Assembly: GCA_951406725.2 (NCBI GenBank)
Contig: OX597815.1
Coordinates: 170,066,001-170,130,000, forward strand
From: Octopus vulgaris
Lineage: Eukaryota
Direction: 5' to 3'
DNA length: 64,000 nt
The position numbers and the translations under genes are program-made. A model generated the notes under the pieces. It ran no database searches. It was not told the origin of the DNA and saw only the letters and a program-made list of their open reading frames with translations. The stretch's first letter is position 1, and the number at the start of each line of letters is the position of its first letter. Below, in pieces: positions 28,482-40,956 of this stretch.

Positions 28482-29154
28482 GCCTTCATTATATACATTT
28501 GAGGAAGGATACACCCTCCAGGAAAATTTCGAACTTGGGTTCTCATTCCTAAGGTATTATTTTTATTATTCAGGTCACTACCTGGAAGCGAACTCAGAAT
28601 CTTGGGGTTAGTAGCCCGCGCTCTTAACAACTACGTTATATGCATGTGGGGCAATTATGGAGTGAATTTTTAGGGCTTAAAAATCTAATATTTTTTTCAT
28701 CCTTCCTTAATACCGGTTCCCATATGCTATTCATATCTGCACTCGGTCTGCTTAGGAGGTTGTTGTGTCCTAGCATATGTGCTGCTTCTTTTAGATTTCG
28801 TATTTTCCATTGGTGTTCTCTGTCTATTAGTTTAACTTCATCCCACAGGGGGAGGTGGTTTCCATTTTTCCATACATGACCACTTATACCCTCCACCCTG
28901 TGGGATGAAGTTAAAATAATAGACCGAGAACACCACTGGAAAATACGAAAACTAAAAGAAACAGCACATATTCTAGGACACAACAACCTCCTAAGCAGAC
29001 CGAGTGCAGATATGAATAGAATATGTGGACCGGTATTAAGGAAGGATCGGAAAATATTAGATTTATAAGCCCTAAAATTTCACTCCATAATTGCCCACGG
29101 GTTAAGAGCGCGGGCCACTAACCCCAAGATTCCGAGTTCGATTCCAGGCAGTGA

Positions 29155-29220
<66 letters not shown>

Positions 29221-29385
29221 TCGAAAAATACGTTAGGAATGAGCACTCAGGTTCGAAATTTCCCTAAGGCATTGATTGTGGATATACCAGCCGAAACGTT
29301 GTGTTAACAACAAACAAGATGAGGACAAATATCCTTCAAATGTAAATAATGTACATAATTCCACATCTCTTACATATCGAACTGT
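28482..29385. mobile_element. Penelope-like retroelement 3' fragment in inverted (fold-back) arrangement, 8-bp TSD
   Basis: Arms at about 28522-28855 and 28890-29265 are reverse complements. Each arm carries the GIY-YIG C-terminus, a tRNA-like module and pLTR sequence. AATACCCA is duplicated at 28474-28481 and 29386-29393. Confidence 0.85.
28700..28889 (-). pseudogene. C-terminal GIY-YIG endonuclease fragment of a Penelope-like element (second copy on + at about 28890-29050)
   Basis: GISGHVWKNGNHLPLWDEVKLIDREHQWKIRNLKEAAHMLGHNNLLSRPSADMNSIWEPVL fits the PLE pattern H..H..WD..KI.D.E...R..KEA..I...N.L.R....W. Confidence 0.8.
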
Positions 29386-29719
29386 AATACCCAACTTTGT
29401 CCGGGTTTATTAATGTTTCAACTAAATACGTTCAAAGGCACAATATCATTATGAAAGAATGCGCTTATGCATGGCTGTGTGGTAAATATGTTCGCTTCGC
29501 AATAACATACTCACCTGTTCGATCCCGTTGTGTGGCACTTTGGACAAGTGTCTTTTTGTAGTATAGCATCGACCTAATCAATGCCTTCTAGATAAAACTA
29601 TGAGACTGAAACGGTTATGGAACCCCGCACATTCGTTTTTGTGTCAGTGTGTTTATATTTATGTCTCTTAAAGTAGTTATCCAACGAATAAATTCGATAA
29701 AATAAATACCATGCCTACT

Positions 29720-30035
29720 ATACAGGGTACATATATTATATCATATCTTGATACTGTGTTGACTGAGATCCCTGTTGACAGGCCGCTGGTATTAGATAAT
29801 GTGTTAAACATTTACAGAATGCAAATTAGTAACGCCAGTTCTCTGTAGCTACTGGATTTGTTGAGAGATTGGCTGCTTGGTTCTCTGGTCAAATTGATGT
29901 AGACACCTCTGATGAATATCCAATGAGATTCGAAAATCGATTAATGATGTCCATCATTTTGCTTTTCTCTTTCAATATACGAAGAAGTAATTAAATCTGC
30001 TATGTTTATATATCTATCAGATACGTTACATAGAT
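29720..30035 (+). mobile_element. Dispersed ~300-bp repeat, copy 2, with an HHR relic, inside a degenerate family B SINE
   Basis: Homologous to 5950-6270; contains CTGATGA-ATATCCAATGAGATTC-GAAA-ATCGAT-TA (29909-29943). Confidence 0.65.
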
Positions 30036-30949
30036 ATAAAATAAGAACTCTAATTGATATGATTGACTAAATTCTTAAAGGTCTCTCGGAGAATGTCCGC
30101 AGTTCAATGATCAAAAAACCATTGAAAGAATTGATGTATTTCGGAGAGAATGTTTTCCAAACCGACTACCATTCTTCAGTCGGTCTGCGAATGCTGATAT
30201 ATGATTCTAATTTTTGGCAGAAGGCTATCAATGTTGAGGGGTGGGGTAAGTCGATTACATCGATCTCAATGCTCAAATTTGTACTTATTTTGTCGACTCC
30301 AGAAGGATAGGAAATATAATACGGCCTCTCTGCAGTTTGAACGCAGAACGTAAACACGGACGAAATGCTCGGCATGCTAACGATTGTGCCAGTGACTCGC
30401 TTTAATGATGTTAATACAAAATTATTGCAACTAAGTCACACAGAATATTGTTCTGCTTGAGATTCCTATGACGTAATTACACACACACGCGCACGCGCGC
30501 GCACAAATCAAAAATATAGGAAGTAAATTAAAATTTTGTGCTAACATTTTTTCATTTTTTCATGGCGTGCATATAATCTTGCAAAATATTATGCTGTGTT
30601 AATTTGCGTAATTAAGCCAAATGAATTATTTTTCTCATCAGTAACTTTTCCCAGTGATTATTTCATGACTTGGGGACACACAAGACACTTACTTTTCTGA
30701 GATGCAGTTTTTCTGAGATATAGAAAATATCAGTTGAGACATAACCCGTAATCTTCTGACAGATAAGATGTACTTCGACGCAATAATGTCTGCTACCTAA
30801 GAGCAAAATTGTGGCCCACATAACTCATACGTACACTTTATTGCATTAAAATTCCACCTTAATATATTTCTTTATTTGTCATAGTTTTATTGAAATATAC
30901 TGTCTTCTTTCAGATAATTAGAAAATAATAAAATATTTGGTGAAATGAT

Positions 30950-32480
30950 TGCCGGGCGAAATGTGTAGCCGTATTTCGTCTGCCATTACGTTCTGAGTTC
31001 AAATTCCGCCAGGGTCGACTTTGCCTTTCATCCTTTCGGGGTCGATAAATTAAGTACCAGTTACGCATTGAGGTCGATGTAATCGACTTAATCCGTGTGT
31101 CTGTCCTTGTTTGTCCCCTCTGTGTTTAGCCACTTGTGGGTAGTAAAGAAATAGGTATTTCGTCTGTCTTTACGTTCTGGGCTAAAATTTCCGCCGGGGC
31201 CAACTTTGCCTTTCATCCTCTTGAGGTTCATAAAATAAGTACCAGTTGATAATGTAGTTGACCGATACTCCTCCCCCGTGCTTGCTGGCCTTGAACCAAA
31301 ATTTGAAATCATTATTGAGTTGGTGTAATGCGCCGAGCTTGGGAAAAACATTAGCAGGCAGGGCGAAAACGTAGCAGCGTTTCGTCCGTTTTATGATCTG
31401 AGTTCAAATTCCGCCACGGTCGATTTTCAGAGTCGATAAATTAAATACCAGTTGAACACTAGGCTCGATCTAATCAACCTAGCCCCTTCACCGAAATTGC
31501 TAGCTATGTGCAAACAATTTGAAACCATTAAGTTAACAAGATGGCAGAATCGTTAGCACGCCGGGAAAAATGCTTTTCGGCATTTCGTCCGCTTTACGTT
31601 CTGAGTTCAAATGCTGACGAGGTCGACTTTGCGTTTCACCTTTTCGGGATCAACAAATTAAGTACCAGTTGAACACTAGGATCGATGTAATTAACTAGTA
31701 CCCTCCCCCAAATTTCAATCTTTATGGCCACAGTAGAAACTATTATTAAGTCGGTGTAAGGTGGCGAGCTGGCAGAAACATTTGCACGCCGGATAAAATG
31801 TAATCGACTAGCTCCTTCCTCTATAAAAAAAAATCAAGACCTTGCACCTTTAATAGGAAGTTGGTGTAATGGTGGCGAACTGGTAGCATCCAACCTAAAG
31901 TCCAACCCCTCATCAAAGCGGTAGGGTCGTGTAAACGGGCAGTGTCAGAGCTATGTCGTCGGGAACATCGGTTCCTGGTAGGGCCACCCAAGGCGGATTG
32001 GTCTGTCACCGAGCGGTATTAGGGCCGCAGCCTGGCCAACGGGGTTCTGGTGAAAATTCCAAGAGGCGTCTGATCGGCAACCGGCGGCTTCGAGGTCATT
32101 CTGTCCCTGTGTCTGTGGAGATTCCGCGGCAAACAGTGCGTCCCGTCACTCGCGATATGCATGCAGGATGTCGGAGACCGCTTGTGAATTCAATATTCCC
32201 ACTAAACGTCTATGAATCCTTCTCAGGACCAGAGAAGAAGTCGGCTCAACCCGTCCTTGGTGAACGCCATCACAAGCACAAGAACTGGTAGCACAGTTAC
32301 AGCGACGGACAAAATGCTTGGCAGTAGTTCTTCCTACCACTTTACGTTCTGAGTTCAAATTTCACTGGAAACAACTGCGCCTTTATCATTTCAGGGTTGA
32401 TAAAATAAAGTACCGTTGAAGAATTATGATCGAGAGTATTCATTAATTATCTATCTTTAAAACTGAAAATCCTGTGCCTT
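30950..32480 (+). mobile_element. Head-to-tail array of about 6 family A SINE bodies or heads
   Basis: Repeated heads and bodies at about 30950, 31155, 31330, 31540, 31760 and 31870/32294. The last copy is interrupted by the insertion at 31889-32281. Confidence 0.8.
31889..32281 (+). mobile_element. GC-rich non-autonomous retroposon with an RTE-clade 5' UTR motif, 12-bp TSD
   Basis: GAACTGGTAGCA duplicated at 31877-31888 and 32282-32293. GAGCTATGTCG...TAGGGCCACCCAAGGCGGATTGGTC resembles the conserved RTE/BovB 5' UTR motif. Ends in (CACAAG)2. Confidence 0.7.
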
Positions 32481-32865
32481 AATCTAAAGTAATTATCAAG
32501 CTTCCGCCTGGGACAAAATTTAACGTGAAATTTCGACAGAAGGTTTTCATTTTGATAACTTTTAAAACAGGATATTTGTAGAAACAGGAAATGTGTTTGG
32601 CGAGTTAGTATGAAATGGGTTCAAATTTAATAATAATAGTAATAACAATAAAGATGACTTTATTGCTAGAAAGGGAATAACAAATGGAGAAATTTAAGAG
32701 AGCATAGTACGAATATATTTCTTTTACATGAGAGGAATACGAAAGACAACTGAATTAGTTCTACATGCAACAACAGCTATCAACTATAACTCTAAACATG
32801 AACCTCTCATACATCAAACAAGTGCATTTCCCATAAAATTTACAAGTTAAATATATATTTATCTT

Positions 32866-32919
<54 letters not shown>

Positions 32920-33682
32920 CACGTACCTCATAATACATGTATTTGAAATGTTGAAAAATGCGAAAAGCATTAACACGCAAACCTCTTTTCACGTTTTGAG
33001 TTAAAATGTTTGTTCTCAAAGATTGTTTTTTCTTAATGGTTGATAATTGTTTATGTAAGTTTATCTTTTCTAATATACATTGTAACTCTATCAAGAAATT
33101 TTCCTTGAAATTCATTAAACACACAAACATAAATATGTATATATGTATATTTTCAGGGAACGCAATTAAGGCAGCATGTTTCTTATATATCGAGATACGT
33201 TCAAAAGGAGACAAATTGGTACAAGTTATTGACAAGCTCCAAGAAAGGTGAAATGCAGCTATGGTTCCTATGATTCACTGCTGCGTCGATGTTTTAACAC
33301 AATATGCTTATAAAGAAATCATCTCTCAAGCAACAACCACAGTAGCATATCTTTTAACAGAATATATAACTTTAATATTAATGCACAACTGGTTATTTCA
33401 ATTTAATAGCGTTTTGATTGTGTTCACCGAGATGTTTTACGGCCCGGCTAGCACTCTGCAATGCCATTGTTTCTGGTACATCAAGATACGAATTTCGTTC
33501 ATGCATGTGACAAATGAATGCACTTCATTGACAGTCCTCCGTCTAACCTTTAATTTCGCGGTGATTGCATTTCGTTTCAATTTATATAATGTTTTTAACA
33601 CATGTCTGAAGAGAAAACTAGACAACCATGACTCTACCATATACATACATATATATATATACATATGTGTGTGCGTGTGTGC

Positions 33683-33737
<55 letters not shown>

Positions 33738-35298
33738 TTTACACATATATATATATATACATACATATCTATATATATATACACACACATACATATATAC
33801 ATACACATACATGCACTCGCACACACACGCATACACTCACACATACACTCGCACACACACATTCATGTATGTATATGTGTATATGTGTGCTTCGAATATA
33901 AAATTGTAGTTATACGGATATATTATCAAAACTTTACAGTTTAAACTTTTGAAGTCTCATAACTGCAATTTCTGCATAAGTCCAGCAATTTTAAGGGAGG
34001 GAGTCAGTCGATTATTTCAACTCCAAATGCTCAACTGGTGCTTATTTTATCGATCCCGAAGGAATGACAAGTGAAGTCGACCATCGGATGAAAGGTAAAG
34101 ACGACTCCCAACTAAAAAAACCGAAAGAAATATAGCTAAGCATTTTGTCAACACACTAAAAATTCTGCCACCTGTTGTACTCGTAGATAATGGCAAAAAC
34201 AGAAACTACTCTAGTTCTAAAGTAGACAAAATTCGAATTTGTTATGTTTGTTTGTCAAATACTCTGCGAGGTAGTACTTAGTTCTATGTGATATATACTT
34301 TTCACCTATCACAACTAACGGTAGCTGTAAAAGGGAAATTCATTGTGTTATGAATGCATTTCTATTAAATTTTTATTTTCATATCAAATAGCTGTACTAC
34401 TATATATCACACTGAATATCATACGTACTCCGTAGTTAGTATCAAAAGGATACCAGGGATAAAAAAAAGCGTTAAAAGGATAAAAAAAAACATACTATTT
34501 CTTTGTATCAATTATTGATAAAAGAATTGGATTGCCAAGCAATCAATCACGAAAATAATTTGCTGGTAGTCAGACATGTTGGGTTGAAATAATGGTGGCA
34601 ATGGTAGGCAATAACAAATATCAATAGAAATGTAAATGATTATGATGGTAAAGTTCATGAATGTGAGGATAGTAAAATATGAATGTTATACTATTGCTAG
34701 CAGCTGTAGCAGTAGAAGTATCAATAACAACGATAGCAAACACAAAGAATATTCCGAAGAATGCAAGTGGAAAATGTGAAGGCATGAGAAACAAAAGCTG
34801 TTTGAGAAGTACGGTATTAGTGAGACGTCCGAGAAGGGAAAATTTATGGCGCTTTTTTTTTCCATTTCCACAAGAACTACTGCAATGTCATTTCGTATTA
34901 AAGAAAAACGGATTAAGAAGAGAGCGTGTGCGTAAACAAACCTGCATTTGGAAGCATATATGTATGTATGTATGTATGTATGTACATTCAGACTTACACA
35001 TATGCATACTTACAACCAAACATACACACATACATATATACAGATATATATACGTAAGTACTTACACATTCCCGCACGAACCACGCATAGATATATACTG
35101 ATGCATACGCACATATATATATATCTTTCCCTGTATGCTGTGCATGTAAACGTGTTGTTTACTGCATGCTTGTAGCGAACGTTTACATAGTGCCTATCCT
35201 TTAAGCGAATTGCATCTATTTCAATGATGTATGCATGCGCATACATACATCCATCCATATATATATACACACCCACCCACAGACACACACACACACAT

Positions 35299-35334
<36 letters not shown>

Positions 35335-36371
35335 GTATTTGTACATACAAAAGCGCATACAAATGCACACACTTTATATTGCAAAGACAGACTTTATTTT
35401 TGTGGACGTGTATATTTTGTGATTTTGTATATTTGCATTTAGTGTGTGTTGGATCTGCTTTTGTGTGTGAATGTGTATGAGAGCACTGTGTGTGTGTGTG
35501 TGTATGTGCTCGCGTGCATGTGTGTGCGTCACGTGTGTTATGTACTGTGAAGTAAGTAGAATGCCTGCAGTTTATTGTATAAGAATGTGAAGTGTGTATT
35601 ACATAGGGATGCGCGCACACACACACACAGACACACACACACGCACGCACGCATCCCATTGTATCTCTTTGTTGATGCGTGTTTTGTGTACATATATGCA
35701 TATCAGTGCTTGCGGTTGTGTGTATTTGTATATGTATGCATGAATTTATGTGTGTGTGTGTGTGTGTGTGTGTTTGAGATGTGTCCGTTTGTTTTGTGGG
35801 ATTAAATCTGAAGTATATTAGACAGCTGCTTGCAGGTTGCTTGTAGCGGAAGACAATGTTGGAGAGGCTGAGAGAAATGAGGAGAATGTCAGACGTGACT
35901 TTACAGCTTATTGAACAGATCCAATCATGCAGCGGATAACTAGGGCAACGAAACAATTACAAACGCTGCTACGTATCAAATATGTTTATTTGATTTAAAC
36001 TGATACCACTTGCATTTTCGCTAATTTTACATTAAGTATCAGAAAAACTAACCAAGGGGTAAAATGTCGGCGTTCAATGTTGATATAACAAAAGACAGTT
36101 TTTCCATTTGAAATGATTTCTAGATTTATTGTTTACAAACAAAGAAGAAAAAGAAATAAATGAAAAGGAAAGAAGAATGTAATCGAATTGAAATCTCATA
36201 TAAATAATTCTCCTAGTTAAGAGTACGGAATATTAGACACCTGCAAAAGTTAATACCGAGTTAATCGATGATGAAACGAGGTCAAAATCAACCGTAGCAA
36301 AACTTTTGACGCTCAGTTTTAGAGACATTATTATTGGAAAATGAATCCCTTATTAACATAACAAAGTAAAA

Positions 36372-36830
36372 CTTTAGCCCAAATTGAACTGACAATATTC
36401 ATTTCCTCATATTAGCCACCCGTTACGACATTGAAAAATCCATGAACATTGTTCATAGTGCATCAGATTAATGAAATTACTTTCAGTGGACAAATAAGAG
36501 GAAATATTAGCTTTTATTCTGTAATTGATTTTAGTCATTAAACAGCGGTCATTATGGAATGCCAAATTCCAGGGTTTTAGGAGAATACATTGCACCATGT
36601 ACTTCGCTATTCATTTCATCAATATCGGAAGTAAGAAAGGTAAAGTTGACGAGAACAGGATTTCAACCTTTTACTTCAGTGAGGTATTAAATAGTGTAAA
36701 ATATTCTGTCAGACAGCTCTAATGAGTTCATTAATCTGACGCACTATGAACGATATCCATAGATTTTTCAATGTCCTAACAGGTGGGTGATATAGGAAAA
36801 GGAATATTGTCGGTTAGATTTGGGTTAAAG
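36372..36830. repeat. ~104-bp diverged inverted repeat (36372-36475 / 36727-36830)
   Basis: GACATTGAAAAATCCATGAACATTGTTCATAGTGCATCAGATTAATGAA vs reverse complement of the right arm GACATTGAAAAATCTATGGATATCGTTCATAGTGCGTCAGATTAATGAA. Confidence 0.85.
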
Positions 36831-37256
36831 CATTAGTTTAGTATGATAATAACAGTAGAGAAAAGAAAGGAGAAACAAGTTCAAAAGATATGTGCTGAGC
36901 AGAAGATATAAAATTGATATAGAGAAGGTTAAAGAAGGAAAGATTGACAGCTATAGTAGTTGGAAAACACACTTAGTAATTTGACAGGAGAAGAGCATAA
37001 TACAGTATAAAAGCAATTGGAGAGTAAGCAAACATCGATCAAGAGTGAGAGTTCTTTATACTCTGAGTTCAAATCCTTCTGAGTTCATCCCTCCGTGGGT
37101 CATAAACTAATGCAATAATCAATTGCTGGTGTTTCGATAATCTAATAATGCATCTTAGATATAAATGGAAATATAACGGAAAACGACAAGCCAGTTGATG
37201 GAAAAGTTTTAGAGGAAATATTTTATATGTAAATTCTTGTTTATGATGCACATGGA

Positions 37257-37299
<43 letters not shown>

Positions 37300-37614
37300 G
37301 ACCATGGTTTCTGACTTATTCTAGTAAATAAAATAATTTACCATGGCGAGGTCTTAATCAATATTGAATATATAAACACGAGGCCAATTCAGCAAGAGCC
37401 TCTTGCTTATATATTTTAATTTTTTTCAAATCCACCGCGCAAGCGCAGTCTATTTTGTCGACAGCAAACAAAAAAGATGCCGGCAATTTCTTCGAACGAA
37501 TCTACCAGGAATCATTATACATAATTAATAATATCAGGGTAATAAAGATTTTAGATATTTATTTACTACTAGTGGCCTAGCGTATATTTTATATGAATAA
37601 TATATAGTCTATTG

Positions 37615-37798
37615 AAGGGCCTTTTAATCGAAGAAATCGATCCAGGACTTATTCTTTGGAAGCCTAGAACTTATTCTATCGTTCCTTTTTGCCGAACCGC
37701 TGTATCACGAGGACATAAACACACCAATATCGGTTGACAAGCGATTGTCGTGGAGGTGGGGTCAAACATAGACACGAAGACATACATACATGTAATTA

Positions 37799-37879
<81 letters not shown>

Positions 37880-38050
37880 ATATATATATATATATATATA
37901 TTGACACGATGGGCTTCTTTCAGTTTCCGTCTACCAAATCTACTCACAAGGCTTTGGTCGGCCCGCGGCTATACTAGAAGACACTTGCGCAAGAAGCCAC
38001 ACAGTGGGACTGAATACAAAGCCATGTGGTTTGGAAGCAAGCTTCTTACT
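37615..38050 (-). mobile_element. SINE family B
   Basis: CTTCTTTCAGTTTCCGTCTACCAAATC..CACAAGGCTTTGGTCGGCCCG, with internal (CT)/(CTAT)/(TA) repeats. Confidence 0.85.
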
Positions 38051-38105
38051 TGTGCCAATGCATACATACATGCATACATTCATGCATACATACATTACAT
38101 ACACA

Positions 38106-38152
<47 letters not shown>

Positions 38153-38265
38153 ATACATATTTATATATATTTATTTCAGATTCAGTTAAATTAGTTACTT
38201 AAATTGAGGCACCTTACTAGTTCAGTTCTGTATAGTCGGCACAGCTCGAAATTAGGTGAATAGAT

Positions 38266-39473
38266 TGTAAATAAGTAACAAGGATGTTCGGGTGTCAATA
38301 CGTTACGGCTCGTTTCAAGCGGCTCCATTTAATTGAGCATTTGCATTAATTTGAAAGAAACCGCGCTCTTCCGAGGCAGATGACCATATAGATTTGAGAC
38401 ATAAAGGGTAAAATATTTTATACAAATTTACACGAAAAATAGAAATCAAAATAATTACATTGTTTCCTTATTTTATATCTGTGGCAGAATGAGTTTGGAA
38501 AATAATGCATATCTTATTAATCCTACTATCATTCAGAAAGTAGCAAAGGAAAAACAGTGGGGCTGAAGTTTGTCAAGATAATGAGTGGTGACATAGTTAT
38601 TTATATTTAGAAAATTTTATGCCGCATGTAGTCGTCAACCATTTAGAATTAAATCTACTGAGAGTTGCCAACTGTATTCTAGTTGATTGTGATAAATAAA
38701 TCAATGTCAATCTATCTCCCAGCCTTCATTGTAATGAAACCATATATCTGGCTTTATCTACATAAAAGAATATGTCACAGAGCTGCTAGCAAGAGAATGA
38801 CAGATGTGGAACAGGTGGCAACTAGAAGAAGGAAGGATAGGAGTAGCCAATATTTATTTAAATTATCAAACAAAGCAGAATATAATGTAAAACAAAAGAT
38901 ACAAACAATATAAGATTTAAGGGTGGAAATTAGAATTGAGGGATACGGGAGGTAGTAATTCGTAACTTTGCAATTTTTTTATATTAAATTGACAAAATTT
39001 AAATCAATATATAGAAAAGGGATAGAAATTAAACTTAAAAGCATAATAATGGGATGCTTTAATATATATGAAAAACAGTAAAGCCTTTCCTAATTACATT
39101 GTTAAACTGGTCATGATAAACCCATTCTATAATGAATGCATAACTGAAATAAATTATGATCTGAGTAGGAGTACATAGTATATATTAAAACAATAAGAAA
39201 GTCTATTTTCTTCATTACGGGTGGATAAGTATAATATATGGAAACTATGAAATCGAATACAAGGAGTAATTGAGTTAGAGGTATACTAAAAGTATAAGGG
39301 AGTACATGCGGAAACAATAGCTAAACCGATTTGAGCATGTAAACATTTAATGAGTATTGCATGATTAAAAAATATACTTAGATGTAATGAAATGTTTTCA
39401 TTGATCAATTAAATGGAGCCACTTGAAACGGTCGTAATGTATTGACACCTGCACATTCTTGTTACTTATTTAC
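38266..39473. mobile_element. ~1.2-kb segment bounded by ~73-bp inverted repeats
   Basis: 38266-38339 (TGTAAATAAGTAACAAGGATGTTCGGGTGTCAATACG...GGCTCCATTTAATTGA) matches the reverse complement of 39402-39473. Confidence 0.7.
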
Positions 39474-39500
39474 ACTCACACTCGTACATATGTATATATA

Positions 39501-39692
39501 TAATTTAGAGAAAAACCACCATCATGTAATTCAAACAATGATAGACGTAACTCATATCATATAGAAAAAATAAAATATATGATAAAACATTTACCTAGAT
39601 CACTATAAAGTACATAATAATAAACAGTATATAATTAATAAATAGACTACGTACATAATTGAATTACATAATTGTGGTTTTTCTCTAATTTA
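39501..39692. mobile_element. 192-bp MITE-like or fold-back element in (TA)n
   Basis: 34-bp terminal inverted repeats TAATTTAGAGAAAAACCACCATCATGTAATTCAA vs reverse complement TAAATTAGAGAAAAACCACAATTATGTAATTCAA. Confidence 0.75.
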
Positions 39693-39770
39693 TATATATA
39701 TATATTGTGAAATTTGATTTAATACTTAATTGAATCTTCACCTGTAAGTTTGGAGTTATACTCCCTAATA

Positions 39771-39865
<95 letters not shown>

Positions 39866-39884
39866 CATATATATATACATATAT

Positions 39885-39950
<66 letters not shown>

Positions 39951-39953
<3 letters not shown>

Positions 39954-40818
39954 AGTCAATGGGCAGACAGAAACAAAATGCAACTGAATAGGGAAAATTT
40001 GAGCTGATGCATTTTGGAAGAAATTCCTCACTAAAACAACCATACTCTCTTCCTTCAGGGGAACCGCTCACAGCCTCTAACAATATCAGAGACCTGGGTG
40101 TAATTGTTGATGACGATCTCAGTTGGAGTGCACACATCAACAAGAAGGTCGATACAGCTATGAGTTCCTGGATCTTAAGAACTTTCCGGTCCAGAGAACA
40201 AGGTGTCATCATACCACTTTTTCATCCTTTGTACGGCCACACCTTGAATACTGCTGCCCACTGTGGTCTCCTCACACAAGACAAAACATCTCCAGAATTG
40301 AGTCACCCCAGAGGGCTCTCACTAAACAAATTGAAATCATGGCTGCTCTCGACTATTGGGATCGCCTTAAAGCCTTGAAACTTTACTCCCTCCAGCGTCG
40401 CCGTGAGCGGTACATCATTTGTACGATGTGGAAAATATACCGCCAACTTTGCCCAAACGACCTAAACATTAGCTTCAAGGTTCATCCGAGACTTGGACCA
40501 CGGGCTATACGTCCCCTGCCAAATTCAAGATCACAACATACATGTACACTGCAACATAATTTCTTTTCCTCATATTTAACATTGTCCCGAGGGAGATCAA
40601 AGAGGAAAAGGATCCCATCAACTAAACAGAGTCTGGATAGATTCCTTCAAAGAATACCAGACAAGCCACCCATAATTGGATACAACTCACCCAACAAGAA
40701 CTCACACTTGAACAAAACTTGACTTAAACAGGATTCGAATAATCCTATCAGGTGGTGCTATTAAGTTAGACATGGCCTGGACCAATCTCTGGTCGAAACA
40801 TATCTAAGTTTTATCTAA

Positions 40819-40822
<4 letters not shown>
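39951..40822 (+). mobile_element. 5'-truncated CR1/L2-group LINE (ORF2 C-terminus plus 3' UTR) inserted in (TA)n
   Basis: RT-distal motifs, 3' stem-loop GACCA-ATCTC-TGGTC, (TATCTAAGTTT)2 tail; (TA)-rich tracts on both sides. Confidence 0.88.
39960..40722 (+). pseudogene. LINE ORF2 reverse transcriptase C-terminal region, frameshifted
   Basis: [34 protein letters not shown] and YWDRLKALKLYSLQRRRERY are typical CR1-group ORF2 C-terminal motifs; frameshift near 40220. Confidence 0.9.
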
Positions 40823-40862
<40 letters not shown>

Positions 40863-40899
40863 CATACATACATATATATACATATATATATACATATAT

Positions 40900-40956
<57 letters not shown>

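Noticed and set aside
28573-28643. Functional tRNA gene
   Set aside because: The acceptor stem and cloverleaf are not intact, and the segment is embedded in a retroelement; treated as tRNA-derived. The same applies to the SINE heads.
33261-33944. 227-aa ORF
   Set aside because: The second half is microsatellite and the first half has no recognisable motif.
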